Counted from the first letter of the stretch, positions 29,384 through 39,846 are shown. The stretch is 64,000 nt of DNA from Candidatus Binatia bacterium (GCA_047611725.1 JBLFWR010000004.1:10496-74495), one strand, 5' to 3'. Notes: generated by a model from the letters alone, not told the origin. Numbers and translations: made by a program.

Positions 29384-30861
29384 ATTTCCTCGAGAGCACG
29401 AAGGAAGGCCTGCGCCTTGACGCAGGTCTCGTCCCACTCTCGATCGGCCTGGGAGTCGGCGACAATACCGCCCCCGCTCCAGTAATGTATCCTGCCCGCG
29501 CTCGCGACCGCGGTGCGAATCGCTACAGCGAGATCGGCTTGGCGGCCACCGTTCCAGCATCCCAGCGCTCCAGTATAGACGCCACGAGTGACCCCTTCGA
29601 CCTCGGCAATGATGTCCATGGCGCGAATCTTTGGAGCGCCCGTAATCGACCCGCAGGGGAACGTTGCCCGAAGAATTTCGTACACTCCGACATCCGGACG
29701 CAGGCGGGCAGCGACTTCCGATTCCAAGTGATGGACCGTTGCGAACGATCGCAACCGGGCGAAATCTCGAACCGCTACCGACCCGACAACTGCGATGCGT
29801 CCGAGGTCATTGCGTTCAAGGTCCACGATCATCACATGTTCGGCTGCCTCTTTTGCGTCGCTCTTTAGTTCCGCTTGAGCCTGTGCGTTGCCGCGGTCGT
29901 TCGACCCTGTAGCAGCCCTTGTCCCCTTGATCGGAAAAACCGAAATGTGCTCGCCGTCAACTCGCAGGAACGTCTCCGGCGAGTTGCTGATGATTTGAAA
30001 GCCTCCGTAGTCGAAAAGAGCACCGTGAGGGACCGGCTGAACACTTCGCAGGCGCTGCATGATCTCCAGGGCAGGCGCTGTTACGGGTAGTGTCTGAACC
30101 CTTGCCAGGTTGGCCTGGTAGATCTCGCCGAGGCCGATAGCCTGTTTTATGCGGTCGAATGCTTGCTGATACTTTTCACGCCCGGTTGAGTTCCAGTTTG
30201 AACCCGAAAGCTCACCAAGTGCTTGGATCTGGGCTGGCTTCTCGTCGTCGAAAATGACCTCGCCGCAAGACGCGACTCCAGGCTGCCATACACGAACGCG
30301 CGGGTAGGTCGCCAGGACTGCCAAAGGCATGGAGAGCGGATCGGTTGCGGCGCGCGAGACCCGCTTCTCAATGAAAGGAGCGAGTTCGTAGCCCAAGTAT
30401 CCCACCGTTCTCGGAAGGATGGTCTGTTCGCTGAGCCAGGGCGGTTGGTAGCGGGGAGTCGAGTGCGAGCCCTCAATGAAATCGGCGATCGCAGTGTGCG
30501 GTTGGGTGGAGACGACGTGGCTTCCGCGATGATCGTACAAGACCGAGTTGCCGCTGGCGTCAACGATTAAAACCGTTGTGGGGGAGGAGCCGGCGAACGA
30601 CGGACGCGAACCGTCACACGCGTCAAGAATGAACGGAAACACAGAACCGGGCACGGGTGCGAAAAGCTCGGCGAGAGGCGCCGCCGCTGGCAGGGCCATA
30701 GGCACGCGGTCTGAGTAGGAGCAGGTCGGTTCGCGGTCAAGTGGTTTGGCATCGCACGACATTGCCACGGGCGCACCCCATGCGTAGGTTCCGCCCGTGG
30801 AAGGCGCTCTCGACATTCTCCATCGCGTGGCAGCGGCAACTGTTACGATCGAAGCTGACAT
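29380..30861 (-). CDS. pabB: Aminodeoxychorismate (or anthranilate) synthase component I
   Basis: Chorismate-binding family motifs: EIYQANLAR, FLRVDGEHISVFPIKGTRA, MIVDLERNDLGR, FPCGSITGAPKIRAMDII, RGVYTGALG and GGGIVADSQADREWDE. The start is uncertain: the ORF edge overlaps the divergent gene, and an ATG at 30699 (MALPAAAPL) is plausible. Confidence 0.8.
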   Translation of the reverse strand: MSASIVTVAAATRWRMSRAPSTGGTYAWGAPVAMSCDAKPLDREPTCSYSDRVPMALPAAAPLAELFAPVPGSVFPFILDACDGSRPSFAGSSPTTVLIVDASGNSVLYDHRGSHVVSTQPHTAIADFIEGSHSTPRYQPPWLSEQTILPRTVGYLGYELAPFIEKRVSRAATDPLSMPLAVLATYPRVRVWQPGVASCGEVIFDDEKPAQIQALGELSGSNWNSTGREKYQQAFDRIKQAIGLGEIYQANLARVQTLPVTAPALEIMQRLRSVQPVPHGALFDYGGFQIISNSPETFLRVDGEHISVFPIKGTRAATGSNDRGNAQAQAELKSDAKEAAEHVMIVDLERNDLGRIAVVGSVAVRDFARLRSFATVHHLESEVAARLRPDVGVYEILRATFPCGSITGAPKIRAMDIIAEVEGVTRGVYTGALGCWNGGRQADLAVAIRTAVASAGRIHYWSGGGIVADSQADREWDETCVKAQAFLRALEEI

Positions 30862-31705
30862 CCCTCCTAACCATCCTTCGGTTCCGGTTTTGGGGGTTCA
30901 GCGCTACGGAACGGGTGCCGTCGTGGACGACGCCGGTTACATCCTCAGCGTCCACTATGTTGTGCTCGGGGCGAGCCGGATTAGCGTCACCGACGTCAGT
31001 GGCAACGAATATGAAGCCGAAATCGTTGCCCAGGATTTCGCAACGGGAATCGCGACTCTATCGATTAGCGCCGGCGCGTTACCGGCATTGCCGCGTGGCG
31101 ACTCCCGTTCTCTTACGCCGGGTCGCGACGTTTTCACGGTGTCCAGTGTTGGCGGCTCAGAGCGCCGTTCGGCTTCCGGTTTTGTTGCTGCTGTGGATCC
31201 GTTTGATGCCTACTGGGAGTACTGGCTCGAGCGTGCCCTGTGGGTGAGCTACCCAAACCCAGGTCTTGGCGGGGCTCCGGTTTGTTCGGCAGATGGTGCT
31301 TTGTGTGGGCTGGTTTCGTTGAACCTCGGCGGGGTCGGTCGCTCAACTTTGGCGATTCCGTCGGAGCACTACTACGACCACGTTGAAGAACTACTTCGTC
31401 ATGGACGGCGTGTTTCACGCGACACTCGTGCGTGGCTAGGCCTGTTTTGCTATGCGACCGAAGAGCGTCCCGTCGTGGCGGGCCTGATTCCTGATGGGCC
31501 GGGTGAAGCCGCAGGATTGACCGTCGGCGACATCGTCATGCGGATTGGAGAGGAGGCGGTCGAGAACCGCGCCGCGCTCTATCATGCCCTTTGGCGTAGT
31601 AAGCCAGGCGAGACGATCGCGCTTCGTGTCCTGCGTTCGGGCGCGGAGACCGACGTTGCCGTGCAAGCTGGCGATGCCGAAGAATTCTTCTCTATTGGCG
31701 AATGA
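30797..31705 (+). CDS. Trypsin-fold (S1C/HtrA-like) domain plus PDZ protein, catalytic Ser apparently absent
   Basis: 302 aa with a GTG start. GTGAVVDDAGYILSVHYVV and DFATGIATLSI resemble the HtrA His and Asp regions. At the GNSGGP position the sequence is NPGLGGAPV. The PDZ-like C-terminus is GLIPDGPGEAAGLTVGDIVMRIGEEAV. Confidence 0.65.
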   Translation: MEGALDILHRVAAATVTIEADIPPNHPSVPVLGVQRYGTGAVVDDAGYILSVHYVVLGASRISVTDVSGNEYEAEIVAQDFATGIATLSISAGALPALPRGDSRSLTPGRDVFTVSSVGGSERRSASGFVAAVDPFDAYWEYWLERALWVSYPNPGLGGAPVCSADGALCGLVSLNLGGVGRSTLAIPSEHYYDHVEELLRHGRRVSRDTRAWLGLFCYATEERPVVAGLIPDGPGEAAGLTVGDIVMRIGEEAVENRAALYHALWRSKPGETIALRVLRSGAETDVAVQAGDAEEFFSIGE

Positions 31706-31710
31706 TTTTC

Positions 31711-31741
31711 GCCGCTCGCCGCTCGCCGCTCGCCGCTCGCC
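31711..31741. repeat. Tandem heptamer (gccgctc) x4.4
   Basis: gccgctc repeated four times plus gcc, in the 72-bp gap between convergent genes. Confidence 0.9.
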
Positions 31742-31777
31742 CATGCGATACGGAGGCGGGGCGGTGCGGCTTCGGTT

Positions 31778-32959
31778 TCAGGCGATTGGAGTTTCCGGGT
31801 CGCGGTGTGAAGGCAGGTCGCGCGGTCCGGTAGCGAAGATCACCATACCCACAAGTGTGATCGCCAAAGCTGTCAGGAACATCGCCTGATAGCCGTGGTT
31901 CTCGACGATCGTACCGAAAAAGAAGGCACAACTGGCGATGCCCAAACTGTAAGAACCGCTGAAAAGGCTCTGGGTTCGGCCGATGTTGCGCGGGTTGCTC
32001 CAGTCGGCAACCAGGGCGTTCATGGTTGGGTAAAGCAGCCCCTGGGCTAGGCCGAACACGCCGCCCATTGCGACAATCCCGGCATAGCTTCGAACGAAAG
32101 CCAGTCCGGTGACTGCCGCCGACATCACTGCCATTGCGGGTAAGATGACCGCCCGGCGCCCGTACCGATCGGAAGCACTGCCCAAAAGCAGCCGCACCGA
32201 AACAGCCGCGACACTCCAAGCAATAAAGAACCCACCGACTCTGCCCACATCGAAGCGTTCCATCATCGCGGGCACGAAGGTTTGCGTGGCACCGAAGCCA
32301 AACCCATAGGCCGTCATGGCCACGACGGCCGTCGCAACTGCGCGTCGGGCGACGCCCGGGTCGATTTTTGTGGCGCGGGGGTCAATATCCAGATCAGGCG
32401 GACGCGGGATGAAGCAGGCGATGGCAAAGGCCATGAAAGCAAGGCCCGTCCCCACTGCGAACATGGCCTCAAATCCCCAACGCACGATGATCTCCTCACC
32501 GATTGCGGGGCTGATGGCGTGCGTGAGAATGGTGGAAATGCCGAACCAGCCGATCGCCTCGGCACGACGTGAGACCGGAGAGAAGAGTACGGCTAAGGTT
32601 TGCGCCCCGGTAAAGGCGCAGGTGAAAGCGACACCCTGAATGGCGCGAAGCGCGTAGAGCCATCCGTCGATCTGCTCGACGAAGATGAACCCCGCGGAAC
32701 AGGCAGCGGAAACCAAACCACCAAAGATCATGAAACGACGGCAGCCGAAGCGGTCGAGCAGCCAACCCACGGCGGGCAGGACTGCCAGGCCAGCGAACCC
32801 CTGAATCCCCATCAGTCGCCCGGCGATTTCCTCTCCCCCTCCCTTCTCGAAAACCCACAATGGCAGCAGAAAGAAGAACGCGAGATTCAGAAAGAATAAG
32901 AAGTTCGCCACCGCTACGAGGAAGAACGCTCGCGGGATCGGTGGCTTGGACGGAGGCAT
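31778..32959 (-). CDS. MFS transporter
   Basis: 393 aa with 12 hydrophobic segments and the MFS loop 2-3 motif GWLLDRFGCRRFM. A second-half repeat shows DRYGRRAV. Confidence 0.8.
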   Translation of the reverse strand: MPPSKPPIPRAFFLVAVANFLFFLNLAFFFLLPLWVFEKGGGEEIAGRLMGIQGFAGLAVLPAVGWLLDRFGCRRFMIFGGLVSAACSAGFIFVEQIDGWLYALRAIQGVAFTCAFTGAQTLAVLFSPVSRRAEAIGWFGISTILTHAISPAIGEEIIVRWGFEAMFAVGTGLAFMAFAIACFIPRPPDLDIDPRATKIDPGVARRAVATAVVAMTAYGFGFGATQTFVPAMMERFDVGRVGGFFIAWSVAAVSVRLLLGSASDRYGRRAVILPAMAVMSAAVTGLAFVRSYAGIVAMGGVFGLAQGLLYPTMNALVADWSNPRNIGRTQSLFSGSYSLGIASCAFFFGTIVENHGYQAMFLTALAITLVGMVIFATGPRDLPSHRDPETPIA

Positions 32960-33033
32960 CGATGATCTGTACCGAGGCCGATACCCGCAGGCAATGAGGT
33001 GCGTCTTTCCTTGATTTGGAGCCGGGCCGTGGG

Positions 33034-35019
33034 ATGCTCACCGGTTCGATGTACGAGGCTTTCTTCGGACTAAAGGATCAGCCCTTCCGGCTGACTCCCG
33101 ATCCTGACTACCTCTTCATGAGCGCCAAGCACCGCGAAGCCTTCGCGCATCTGCTGTATGGCGTCAATGAGGGGAGTGGGTTCGTTGCTATCACCGGCGA
33201 AGTCGGTGCTGGCAAGACGACGCTCGTTCGCGCTTTGCTGCGAGAAGCCGAGTCCAATGTCACCGTCATTTACATCGTCAACCCGGTTCTGACCTCGACC
33301 GAGCTTCTCCAAACGATCAATAGCGAGCTGGGCTTGCCGTCTTCAAGCACGAGTCGCAAAGAACTCGTTGAAGCGTTGGCCAGGTTTCTACGTGACAATC
33401 AGGCCAAAGGCGGCCGTACCGTCATCATTGTCGATGAGGCCCAGAACCTCGACCCAGTCGTGCTGGAGCAGCTTCGTTTACTTTCCAATCTAGAGACGGA
33501 AACCGAAAAGCTTATCCAGATCGTCCTGGTCGGGCAGCCCGAACTGCGCACGTTGTTGGAACGGCACGATCTACGACAGCTCAATCAGCGTGTCACCGTG
33601 CGTTGGCACCTCGACAAGCTCGATCGCGCCGAAACCTTTGAGTACGTGCGCCACCGCATGGGCGTTGCTGGCGCAACAACCGACCTTTTCGAACCGCGTG
33701 CGGTCGATTTGATCTATCGCTACTCCGACGGCGTGCCCCGCCTGATCAACATCCTTGGTCACCGTGCGTTGCTTGTCGCCTTCACTCGCAGCAAAGGGAA
33801 AGTTGGCCCCGCCGAGATCGCTGGTGCAGCCAAGGAGCTTGGTCATGGCAGCGGACCGGTTCGTACGAGAGGTGGTCGCCAGATTTACCAGGTAGCCACG
33901 GTTGTCGCGTTGGCAGTGACGGTGGGATTCGCAGCTTTTTACATGGTTACACCCGCCGGTTTCGCGCCGGTCTCGCCTGCGGCCAAACCGTTGATGCCAG
34001 CCCGGTTGGCAACCCAAACAGCGGCCGTGGATTCCGAGGCGTCGGCCCCAGAGCAGCCCGTCGCTGAACCACCGACGGTTCGACCAAGCGAGTTGGCGGC
34101 AGCGGCGCCAGCAGTGATCGTCGCAACGCCGACGCCAGTTGCTTCAGTTGAGGTTCCCGCGCCTGAGATGCCCACAGTCGCGGATGCCGCCACACCTGTG
34201 GGCGAGGTCGAGTTTCCATCAGCCCCGGCAGTCCCTGCCGACCCGGTTGCGGGGACACCTACGGTGGTCGAGGCACCGGCAGCGGAGGTGGACACGCCAG
34301 AGGTAGTGCCAGAGGTAGTGGTCGCCGAGCCGACAACTCCGCCGTTGTTGACGGCGTCGCAGGGAGCGACGGCGTTGGCATCGCGCAGCGCTTTCGAGTT
34401 GGCCGCCGATAGCCTCTCGCGGTTGCTTTACCTTTGGGAAGCGCCAGCGCTCGGGCCCCTTGAGCTGCGTGCGGATGCGCTGGACCTTGCGGCCATCGCA
34501 GACTCTCGAAGCCTTCGGTATATGTCCGCCCAGATGACGCCCGCCTTTCTTGCCGCTTTGGATCTTCCAGCGGTTTTGGAAATAGACATTCCTGCCAGAG
34601 GCGAGTCGGCCTACGTTCTGCTAGAACGCTATGATCGTGAAGCGAACGAGATGACTCTGGTTGGCGGGCGGCGGTTGGCCGCCGATACTGTGTTGGAATG
34701 GTGGACCGGTCGTACCCACATTGTTTGGCATGACACCCATCAGCTGGGCGCAAACCTTGGACCAGGAAGTGGCGGCCCGCGAGTGCGGACGCTGCAAACG
34801 CTCCTACGTGAGATTGGAATTTACGATGGCCCGTCAAACGCCAAGTTCGATGCCTTGACTGAAAACTCGGTGCGGCGCTTCCAGGAAACGCGCCATGTGG
34901 TGGCTGACGGAATTGCTGGTCCTGTGACTCAGATCCTCCTTTACAACTCGCTCAGCTCTACAAAGCGCCCTAGACTTAGCGGCGAAGACGGCGCGGGCAC
35001 GCCTGGCTTAGTTCAATGA
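33034..35019 (+). CDS. ExeA/GspA-like AAA ATPase with a C-terminal peptidoglycan-binding domain
   Basis: ORF 33016..35019; ATG at 33034. N-terminal YEAFFGLKDQPFRLTPDPDYLF, Walker A GEVGAGKTT and Walker B IVDEAQNL. One TM segment, a Pro/Ala-rich spacer and C-terminal PG_binding_1-like LQTLLREIGIYDGPSNAKFDALTENSVRRFQ. Confidence 0.8.
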   Translation: MLTGSMYEAFFGLKDQPFRLTPDPDYLFMSAKHREAFAHLLYGVNEGSGFVAITGEVGAGKTTLVRALLREAESNVTVIYIVNPVLTSTELLQTINSELGLPSSSTSRKELVEALARFLRDNQAKGGRTVIIVDEAQNLDPVVLEQLRLLSNLETETEKLIQIVLVGQPELRTLLERHDLRQLNQRVTVRWHLDKLDRAETFEYVRHRMGVAGATTDLFEPRAVDLIYRYSDGVPRLINILGHRALLVAFTRSKGKVGPAEIAGAAKELGHGSGPVRTRGGRQIYQVATVVALAVTVGFAAFYMVTPAGFAPVSPAAKPLMPARLATQTAAVDSEASAPEQPVAEPPTVRPSELAAAAPAVIVATPTPVASVEVPAPEMPTVADAATPVGEVEFPSAPAVPADPVAGTPTVVEAPAAEVDTPEVVPEVVVAEPTTPPLLTASQGATALASRSAFELAADSLSRLLYLWEAPALGPLELRADALDLAAIADSRSLRYMSAQMTPAFLAALDLPAVLEIDIPARGESAYVLLERYDREANEMTLVGGRRLAADTVLEWWTGRTHIVWHDTHQLGANLGPGSGGPRVRTLQTLLREIGIYDGPSNAKFDALTENSVRRFQETRHVVADGIAGPVTQILLYNSLSSTKRPRLSGEDGAGTPGLVQ

Positions 35020-36122
35020 GCAGTATTCTTGACGCGGTAAACAAGGACCCGGAGCGCACATCGGGTTCCGGCTTTGGTCCCCTGCCGGATGGCTTTGAGG
35101 GGCCGCCGACTGGCGGTGGTCCGAGTCCGAATCGCAACCGTTTTCTTGCGGTTGTTGCCGTTGTTGTCGGTGGTTTTGCGTTGGGTGCAGTTGCAGCGAG
35201 CCTGTTGGGGAACGAATCCGATCTCGATGAAGGCGCGGTTCAAGTGGCCGCAGTAAGTGAACCCGCGGTGGAGCCTGTTGGGGATGCTGTACCGCCTCGC
35301 GAGGCAGCCCAAGACAAGAAGAAGTCGGCTAATAAGCCGCATCTGAACAAGCGTCGGCCCAAGGGCGATCCAGTCCCCCCCGAAGGGATGAAGGCGGCGA
35401 AGGCGCAGGCCAAAGGCAAGTTGAAAGTGAAGCAGCTGCCCGAGCCGATTCCGGCCAAGCCGGAGCAAGCTCCCCCGCTGCACATCAATGCTGCGCCCAA
35501 ACCTGCACCGCAACCAGCCCAACCCACACCCGCAGCCACACCCGCGCCAGTAATTCCTTCGCTTCCCGTCCCTTCGACGCCGACGCCGACCCCGACCCCG
35601 AAGGCGGCACCTGCGCGGGTGATCGAAGCGATCCCAGCGCCGGACGAAATGAAGCCATCGGAGCCGGAAGCGCCGGTTGTAAAGCCGACAATAAAGCGCC
35701 CGCCCATCGTGATCGGGGAGCCGTCCACGGAAAAGAAGCTAGACCTTGCTGCGCCGCCGAAGCCGACGGCACAACCCTTTGCGACTCCACCGGTTGCCAA
35801 ACCCGTTGCACCGCAGCCGCTGCAGCCAATGGTCAAACCTGTACCGCTGGCTGTACCGCCGGCTGCACTGCCGGTTCGGGATCGTTTAGCCGTTCTCACG
35901 GAAGCCCCAGCCGGGGCACCCGAAATTCAATTACTTTTCGTGATGTGGGCACGGGATGCCGGCAAACGAATGGTCTCCATGCGGATCGGTGACGGCGGTG
36001 TGCAAATCGCCCACGAGGGCGATGTTGTGGGGCATCAGCTGAACGTCGCTTCGATTCATCGCGACGCCATCGACGTGACATGGACGGGGCGAACGTTTCG
36101 CGTCGACGTCCCCCGCTTCTAG
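35016..36122 (+). CDS. GspB/ExeB-like Pro-rich membrane-anchored protein
   Basis: 368 aa with an ATGA overlap with the ExeA-like gene. One TM segment (FLAVVAVVVGGFALGAVAASLL), a very long Pro/Ala-rich region and a conserved-looking C-terminal ~70 aa. The assignment rests mainly on the pairing with ExeA. Confidence 0.55.
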   Translation: MSSILDAVNKDPERTSGSGFGPLPDGFEGPPTGGGPSPNRNRFLAVVAVVVGGFALGAVAASLLGNESDLDEGAVQVAAVSEPAVEPVGDAVPPREAAQDKKKSANKPHLNKRRPKGDPVPPEGMKAAKAQAKGKLKVKQLPEPIPAKPEQAPPLHINAAPKPAPQPAQPTPAATPAPVIPSLPVPSTPTPTPTPKAAPARVIEAIPAPDEMKPSEPEAPVVKPTIKRPPIVIGEPSTEKKLDLAAPPKPTAQPFATPPVAKPVAPQPLQPMVKPVPLAVPPAALPVRDRLAVLTEAPAGAPEIQLLFVMWARDAGKRMVSMRIGDGGVQIAHEGDVVGHQLNVASIHRDAIDVTWTGRTFRVDVPRF

Positions 36123-36140
36123 CGTTGACACTTGGGCGGT

Positions 36141-37550
36141 CTAAGGCCGTCCATCATCAAGATAGCCGAGCGCTTCGAGGTCTTGGCGGGTTTGCTCGTC
36201 GAGCTGGAAGGTGGCGAGGCTATGCGGTCGAATATCCTGCATTTCGCGTTCCCAGTCTTGTAGGTTCTTGAGTAGCCGGATGAACTTCTGCGCGGGCCAA
36301 AGGTTGTTGAGTTCGGCAGGGTCTGTTCCCAAGTCATAGGCCTCAAACGTTGCGTGCTCGGAGCCAGGGATCTTGATCAGTTTTAGATTTCCCTGTCGCG
36401 CGGCACGCCATCGTCCGGCAAGCCCGGGAACTTCCAGACGATGCCAGCGATCATAGCGAGGACGCCACGGGGCGGAAGCCGCGAAAAGCGTTCGCTTGGT
36501 GTCACCTTGGCCGCGAAGCGGCAACGCTACCCCATCCATCTTGTGTCGGCAGTCAAGGTCGAGCCAACCGCAGACGCTGGGCATGACATCGATGAGCGAT
36601 ACCGGTTCGCGCACGTGGTGCCCTTCTATGCCGGGCGCGCGCACGGCCAGAGCGACGTGGATAAGTTCTTCGTAGAGCGTGAAATCGTGGGCGAACCACA
36701 ACTGATGCTCCCCCATCGATTCCCCGTGGTCAGAGACCAGAATTACGACGGTGTCCTTGTCACGTCCGCGTTCGGCCAAGCCATCGAGAAGTCGGTCAAT
36801 CTCGCGGTCAACCCGGCGGATCTCGGCTTCATAGAGCAATCGGGTCGTGGCGAGAATTCCTTCGCGGTACGGAGCCTTGAAAATGATCGTCTGCTTGTCG
36901 TGCTTGTGGTCAGTGAAATCTCGAATCACTGCCGAGGTTGCGTAGCGTAGTCCAAGCGCCTGGGCATCTTCGAGGAGCGGCCTGTAGGGCATGTGAGGGT
37001 CGAGGTAGTGACCCCACATCATGAAAGGGGCATCGCCGATTTCATCGAGTTGCCCGAGCAGGCCAGTGGTTACCGCTTTGGCATCTGGCTTGGGCGTCCT
37101 CTTCGGTACTTTGCCCCCAAACGCGTCGAAGCCGCGGCTGAAGCCCATCATCTTGTTCGTCAGCCACGGGTTGGTGACGACACCCGCCGTTCGGCGCCCA
37201 CTTTTGCGAGCCAGCTCCGCCATTGTAGGCGCTTCGCAATAGGTCAGGGAGCTGTCGCCGGAGTGATTCACGACCCCGGTGCGGTCGGGGTACTGACCAG
37301 TCATTAGGGCTGCCACCGAAGGCATCGTGAATGGCGCCGGTGCCATGGCGGCATCGAACACGACCCAGTTGTGGGCCCTGGTATCCAGATTTGGCGAGCT
37401 CGGTCGCGTATGTCCGTAAAAGCCGAGGCGGTCAGCGCGAACTGTGTCGATCACCAGCAGCAAGACAGACAGGGGGCCGTCGCTCGGGATCTCCGGTTCA
37501 GTGGTTGGCGTGCAGGCAGCGGTGAGACAAAGCGCCAAGCAACATGCCAT
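36141..37550 (-). CDS. Sulfatase-family (alkaline-phosphatase superfamily) protein, probable lipoprotein
   Basis: ORF 36141..37748. The ATG at 37550 gives MACCLALCLTAA|C. LLLVIDTVRADRLGFYGH is the metal-binding N-terminal motif. The nucleophile region reads PFTMPSVAALMTGQYP instead of C/S-x-P-x-R. A later motif is VSDHGESMGEH. Confidence 0.75.
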   Translation of the reverse strand: MACCLALCLTAACTPTTEPEIPSDGPLSVLLLVIDTVRADRLGFYGHTRPSSPNLDTRAHNWVVFDAAMAPAPFTMPSVAALMTGQYPDRTGVVNHSGDSSLTYCEAPTMAELARKSGRRTAGVVTNPWLTNKMMGFSRGFDAFGGKVPKRTPKPDAKAVTTGLLGQLDEIGDAPFMMWGHYLDPHMPYRPLLEDAQALGLRYATSAVIRDFTDHKHDKQTIIFKAPYREGILATTRLLYEAEIRRVDREIDRLLDGLAERGRDKDTVVILVSDHGESMGEHQLWFAHDFTLYEELIHVALAVRAPGIEGHHVREPVSLIDVMPSVCGWLDLDCRHKMDGVALPLRGQGDTKRTLFAASAPWRPRYDRWHRLEVPGLAGRWRAARQGNLKLIKIPGSEHATFEAYDLGTDPAELNNLWPAQKFIRLLKNLQDWEREMQDIRPHSLATFQLDEQTRQDLEALGYLDDGRP

Positions 37551-37919
37551 AGCTACGGCTTGGCCTTGCCGCGGTGCGGGTGCCCCCCCCTGGTAGCCAG
37601 AGCGGCGAAGACATGGCTGGTTGTCTCTTGTGCGGCCGCTGCGCAGGGCTGTGTTTGTGTAACTAGCTGATATCAAAGTGTTTTCCGTCCTAGGCACGTG
37701 TCCCCGCATACCGGACGCCGAAAGGCAAGCAAATTCCTTGACTCGCACTTAGGCCGCTCGTAGCGTCCCGCTGGCTTCTCATACAAGAGCGACAATTTGC
37801 CTCAACGGCTGGGGCCGGCTCCCCGAAAGAAAAATTCGAGTCAACGGCGGACGTGTCCCCAAAGGCTTAGCGGAAATCGCGCATCGTGCGGCGAATGATT
37901 CCGTGACCCACGAGTTCGA

Positions 37920-39815
37920 ATGGAGAAAAATATCAGCAAGGCGGTTTACGAGAAAAACCTCGCCCAGCTCCTCGAGCTAGGCAAGGATCGCGGCTACGTC
38001 GGCTATGAGGACATCAATCGTCTGTTTCCTCAGGATGACACCACGCCAGAAGAGCTCAAGGAAGTTGTCAACTTTCTCACAGAGAACGACGTCGAAATCG
38101 TCGAGAAATTTGAGGAGGAAGAAGAGGAAGACGAGACTACCGATTCCTCGGACGCCGACCCAGACTCACTGTTTGGAGATGACGAAGAGTGGACCCTAGA
38201 TGGTGCCGGTGATGACGACAGCGCCCCGACCAAGCCTGCGGCTGCTGACCCCGAGCCGCTGCCCGAGAAAGGCCCTAAGGCGGCCGCCGCTCCCGGGCGC
38301 GATTACGGCACGGACAGTACCGATCCGGTGCGAATGTACCTCCAGGAAATGGGCAGTGTGCCGCTGCTTTCCAGAGAGGAAGAGGTTCGTATCGCCAAGG
38401 AGATTGAAAGCGGTCTCCACGAAGTGCGCGACTGCATTTACGGGTTGCCGGTCACCTGCGAGTACATCATCGGGACAGCCGAGATGCTGCGCAACGGCGA
38501 GATCGACCCTCGCGAAGTATTCGGTGATGACGGAGACGAAGAACGCAGCTCGGTGGAGCGCGATGAGCGTAAGGTCAAGGCTTTCCTTAAGGAAGTCTCG
38601 ACGCTGAAGCGGCTGTATACCGCCTACCAGGCGAATATCCCTTCCCGGCTCGCGCCGGTTTTGGTGGCCGCGAACAAGCCCAAGCGCAAGCCGACTGCCA
38701 AGGAACTGCGGTTCGAAACTGCTCGCGAGAAAGTTCGCGAGCATCTGATCGGCCTGAAGCTGGGCGAGAAACACACCACTGCGATCGTCAGCAAGGTTAA
38801 AGAGGCTCGTTCGCTGGCGCGCGAGGGCGAACGCGTGATTCGCCGCGCGGAGAAGCGCACCAAGCGTGATTCCAAGCAGATTCTTGAACTGGCTCGCCAG
38901 ATTTCCACCGGCGACGCCAATGCAAAGCGAAAGGCGGCTGGAAACCTGCGAATGAGTGCCGAACGAGCCACCAAGCTCGCGGCCGACATTCGAGAGGCCC
39001 GGCGAAAGATCCACGAAATCGAGAAAGCCGTGCACATGGCTTTCAGCGATCTCGACTACTTCAGTAAGCGAATTCGTCAGGGCGAAGATCGGGCGATGAT
39101 GGGCAAGAAGGCGCTGATCGAAGCGAATTTACGCCTCGTTGTTTCGATTGCCAAGCGTTACACGAACCGCGGCCTGGGCTTCCTGGATCTCATCCAGGAG
39201 GGCAACATCGGTTTGATGCGTGCCGTGGACAAGTTCGAGTACCAGCGTGGCTACAAGTTCTCGACGTATGCGACGTGGTGGATTCGTCAGTCAGTAAGCC
39301 GGGCGATCGCGGATCAGGCCAGAACGATTCGAATCCCGGTTCACATGATCGAAACCATCAACAAGGTGCTGCGTACGTCACGCTACCTGGTGCAACAGCT
39401 CGGTCGCGAGCCCGCTCCTGAGGAAATCGCCGAGCAGATGGAGATGCCGCCGGACAAGATCCGGAAGGTTCTGAAGATCGTCAAAGAGCCGGTTTCGCTG
39501 GAAACCCCGATCGGCGACGACGAAGAAAGCTCGCTTGGAGATTTCGTCGAAGACCGCCAGTCGGTTTCCCCTGCGGATGCAGCGGTGGCTCTTAGCCTGG
39601 AGGAGCAAACTCGAAAGGTTTTGGCGACCCTGACTCCGCGCGAGGAGCAGATTCTGCGGATGCGCTTCGGGATCGGCGAAAAGACCGATTACACTCTCGA
39701 GGAAGTTGGCCAGAAGTTTGCGGTTACACGCGAGCGAATTCGTCAGATTGAGGCCAAGGCTCTGCGCAAACTGCGAAATCCGCAGCGCTCACGGGGTACC
39801 GAATCCTTCGGCTGA
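37920..39815 (+). CDS. rpoD: RNA polymerase sigma factor RpoD (sigma-70)
   Basis: 631 aa. Acidic region 1 ([17 protein letters not shown]). Region 2 [59 protein letters not shown]. Region 4 [28 protein letters not shown]. Confidence 0.97.
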   Translation: MEKNISKAVYEKNLAQLLELGKDRGYVGYEDINRLFPQDDTTPEELKEVVNFLTENDVEIVEKFEEEEEEDETTDSSDADPDSLFGDDEEWTLDGAGDDDSAPTKPAAADPEPLPEKGPKAAAAPGRDYGTDSTDPVRMYLQEMGSVPLLSREEEVRIAKEIESGLHEVRDCIYGLPVTCEYIIGTAEMLRNGEIDPREVFGDDGDEERSSVERDERKVKAFLKEVSTLKRLYTAYQANIPSRLAPVLVAANKPKRKPTAKELRFETAREKVREHLIGLKLGEKHTTAIVSKVKEARSLAREGERVIRRAEKRTKRDSKQILELARQISTGDANAKRKAAGNLRMSAERATKLAADIREARRKIHEIEKAVHMAFSDLDYFSKRIRQGEDRAMMGKKALIEANLRLVVSIAKRYTNRGLGFLDLIQEGNIGLMRAVDKFEYQRGYKFSTYATWWIRQSVSRAIADQARTIRIPVHMIETINKVLRTSRYLVQQLGREPAPEEIAEQMEMPPDKIRKVLKIVKEPVSLETPIGDDEESSLGDFVEDRQSVSPADAAVALSLEEQTRKVLATLTPREEQILRMRFGIGEKTDYTLEEVGQKFAVTRERIRQIEAKALRKLRNPQRSRGTESFG

Positions 39816-39846
39816 GTCTCTCCGCTTAAGTCAGACGTAGATGATT

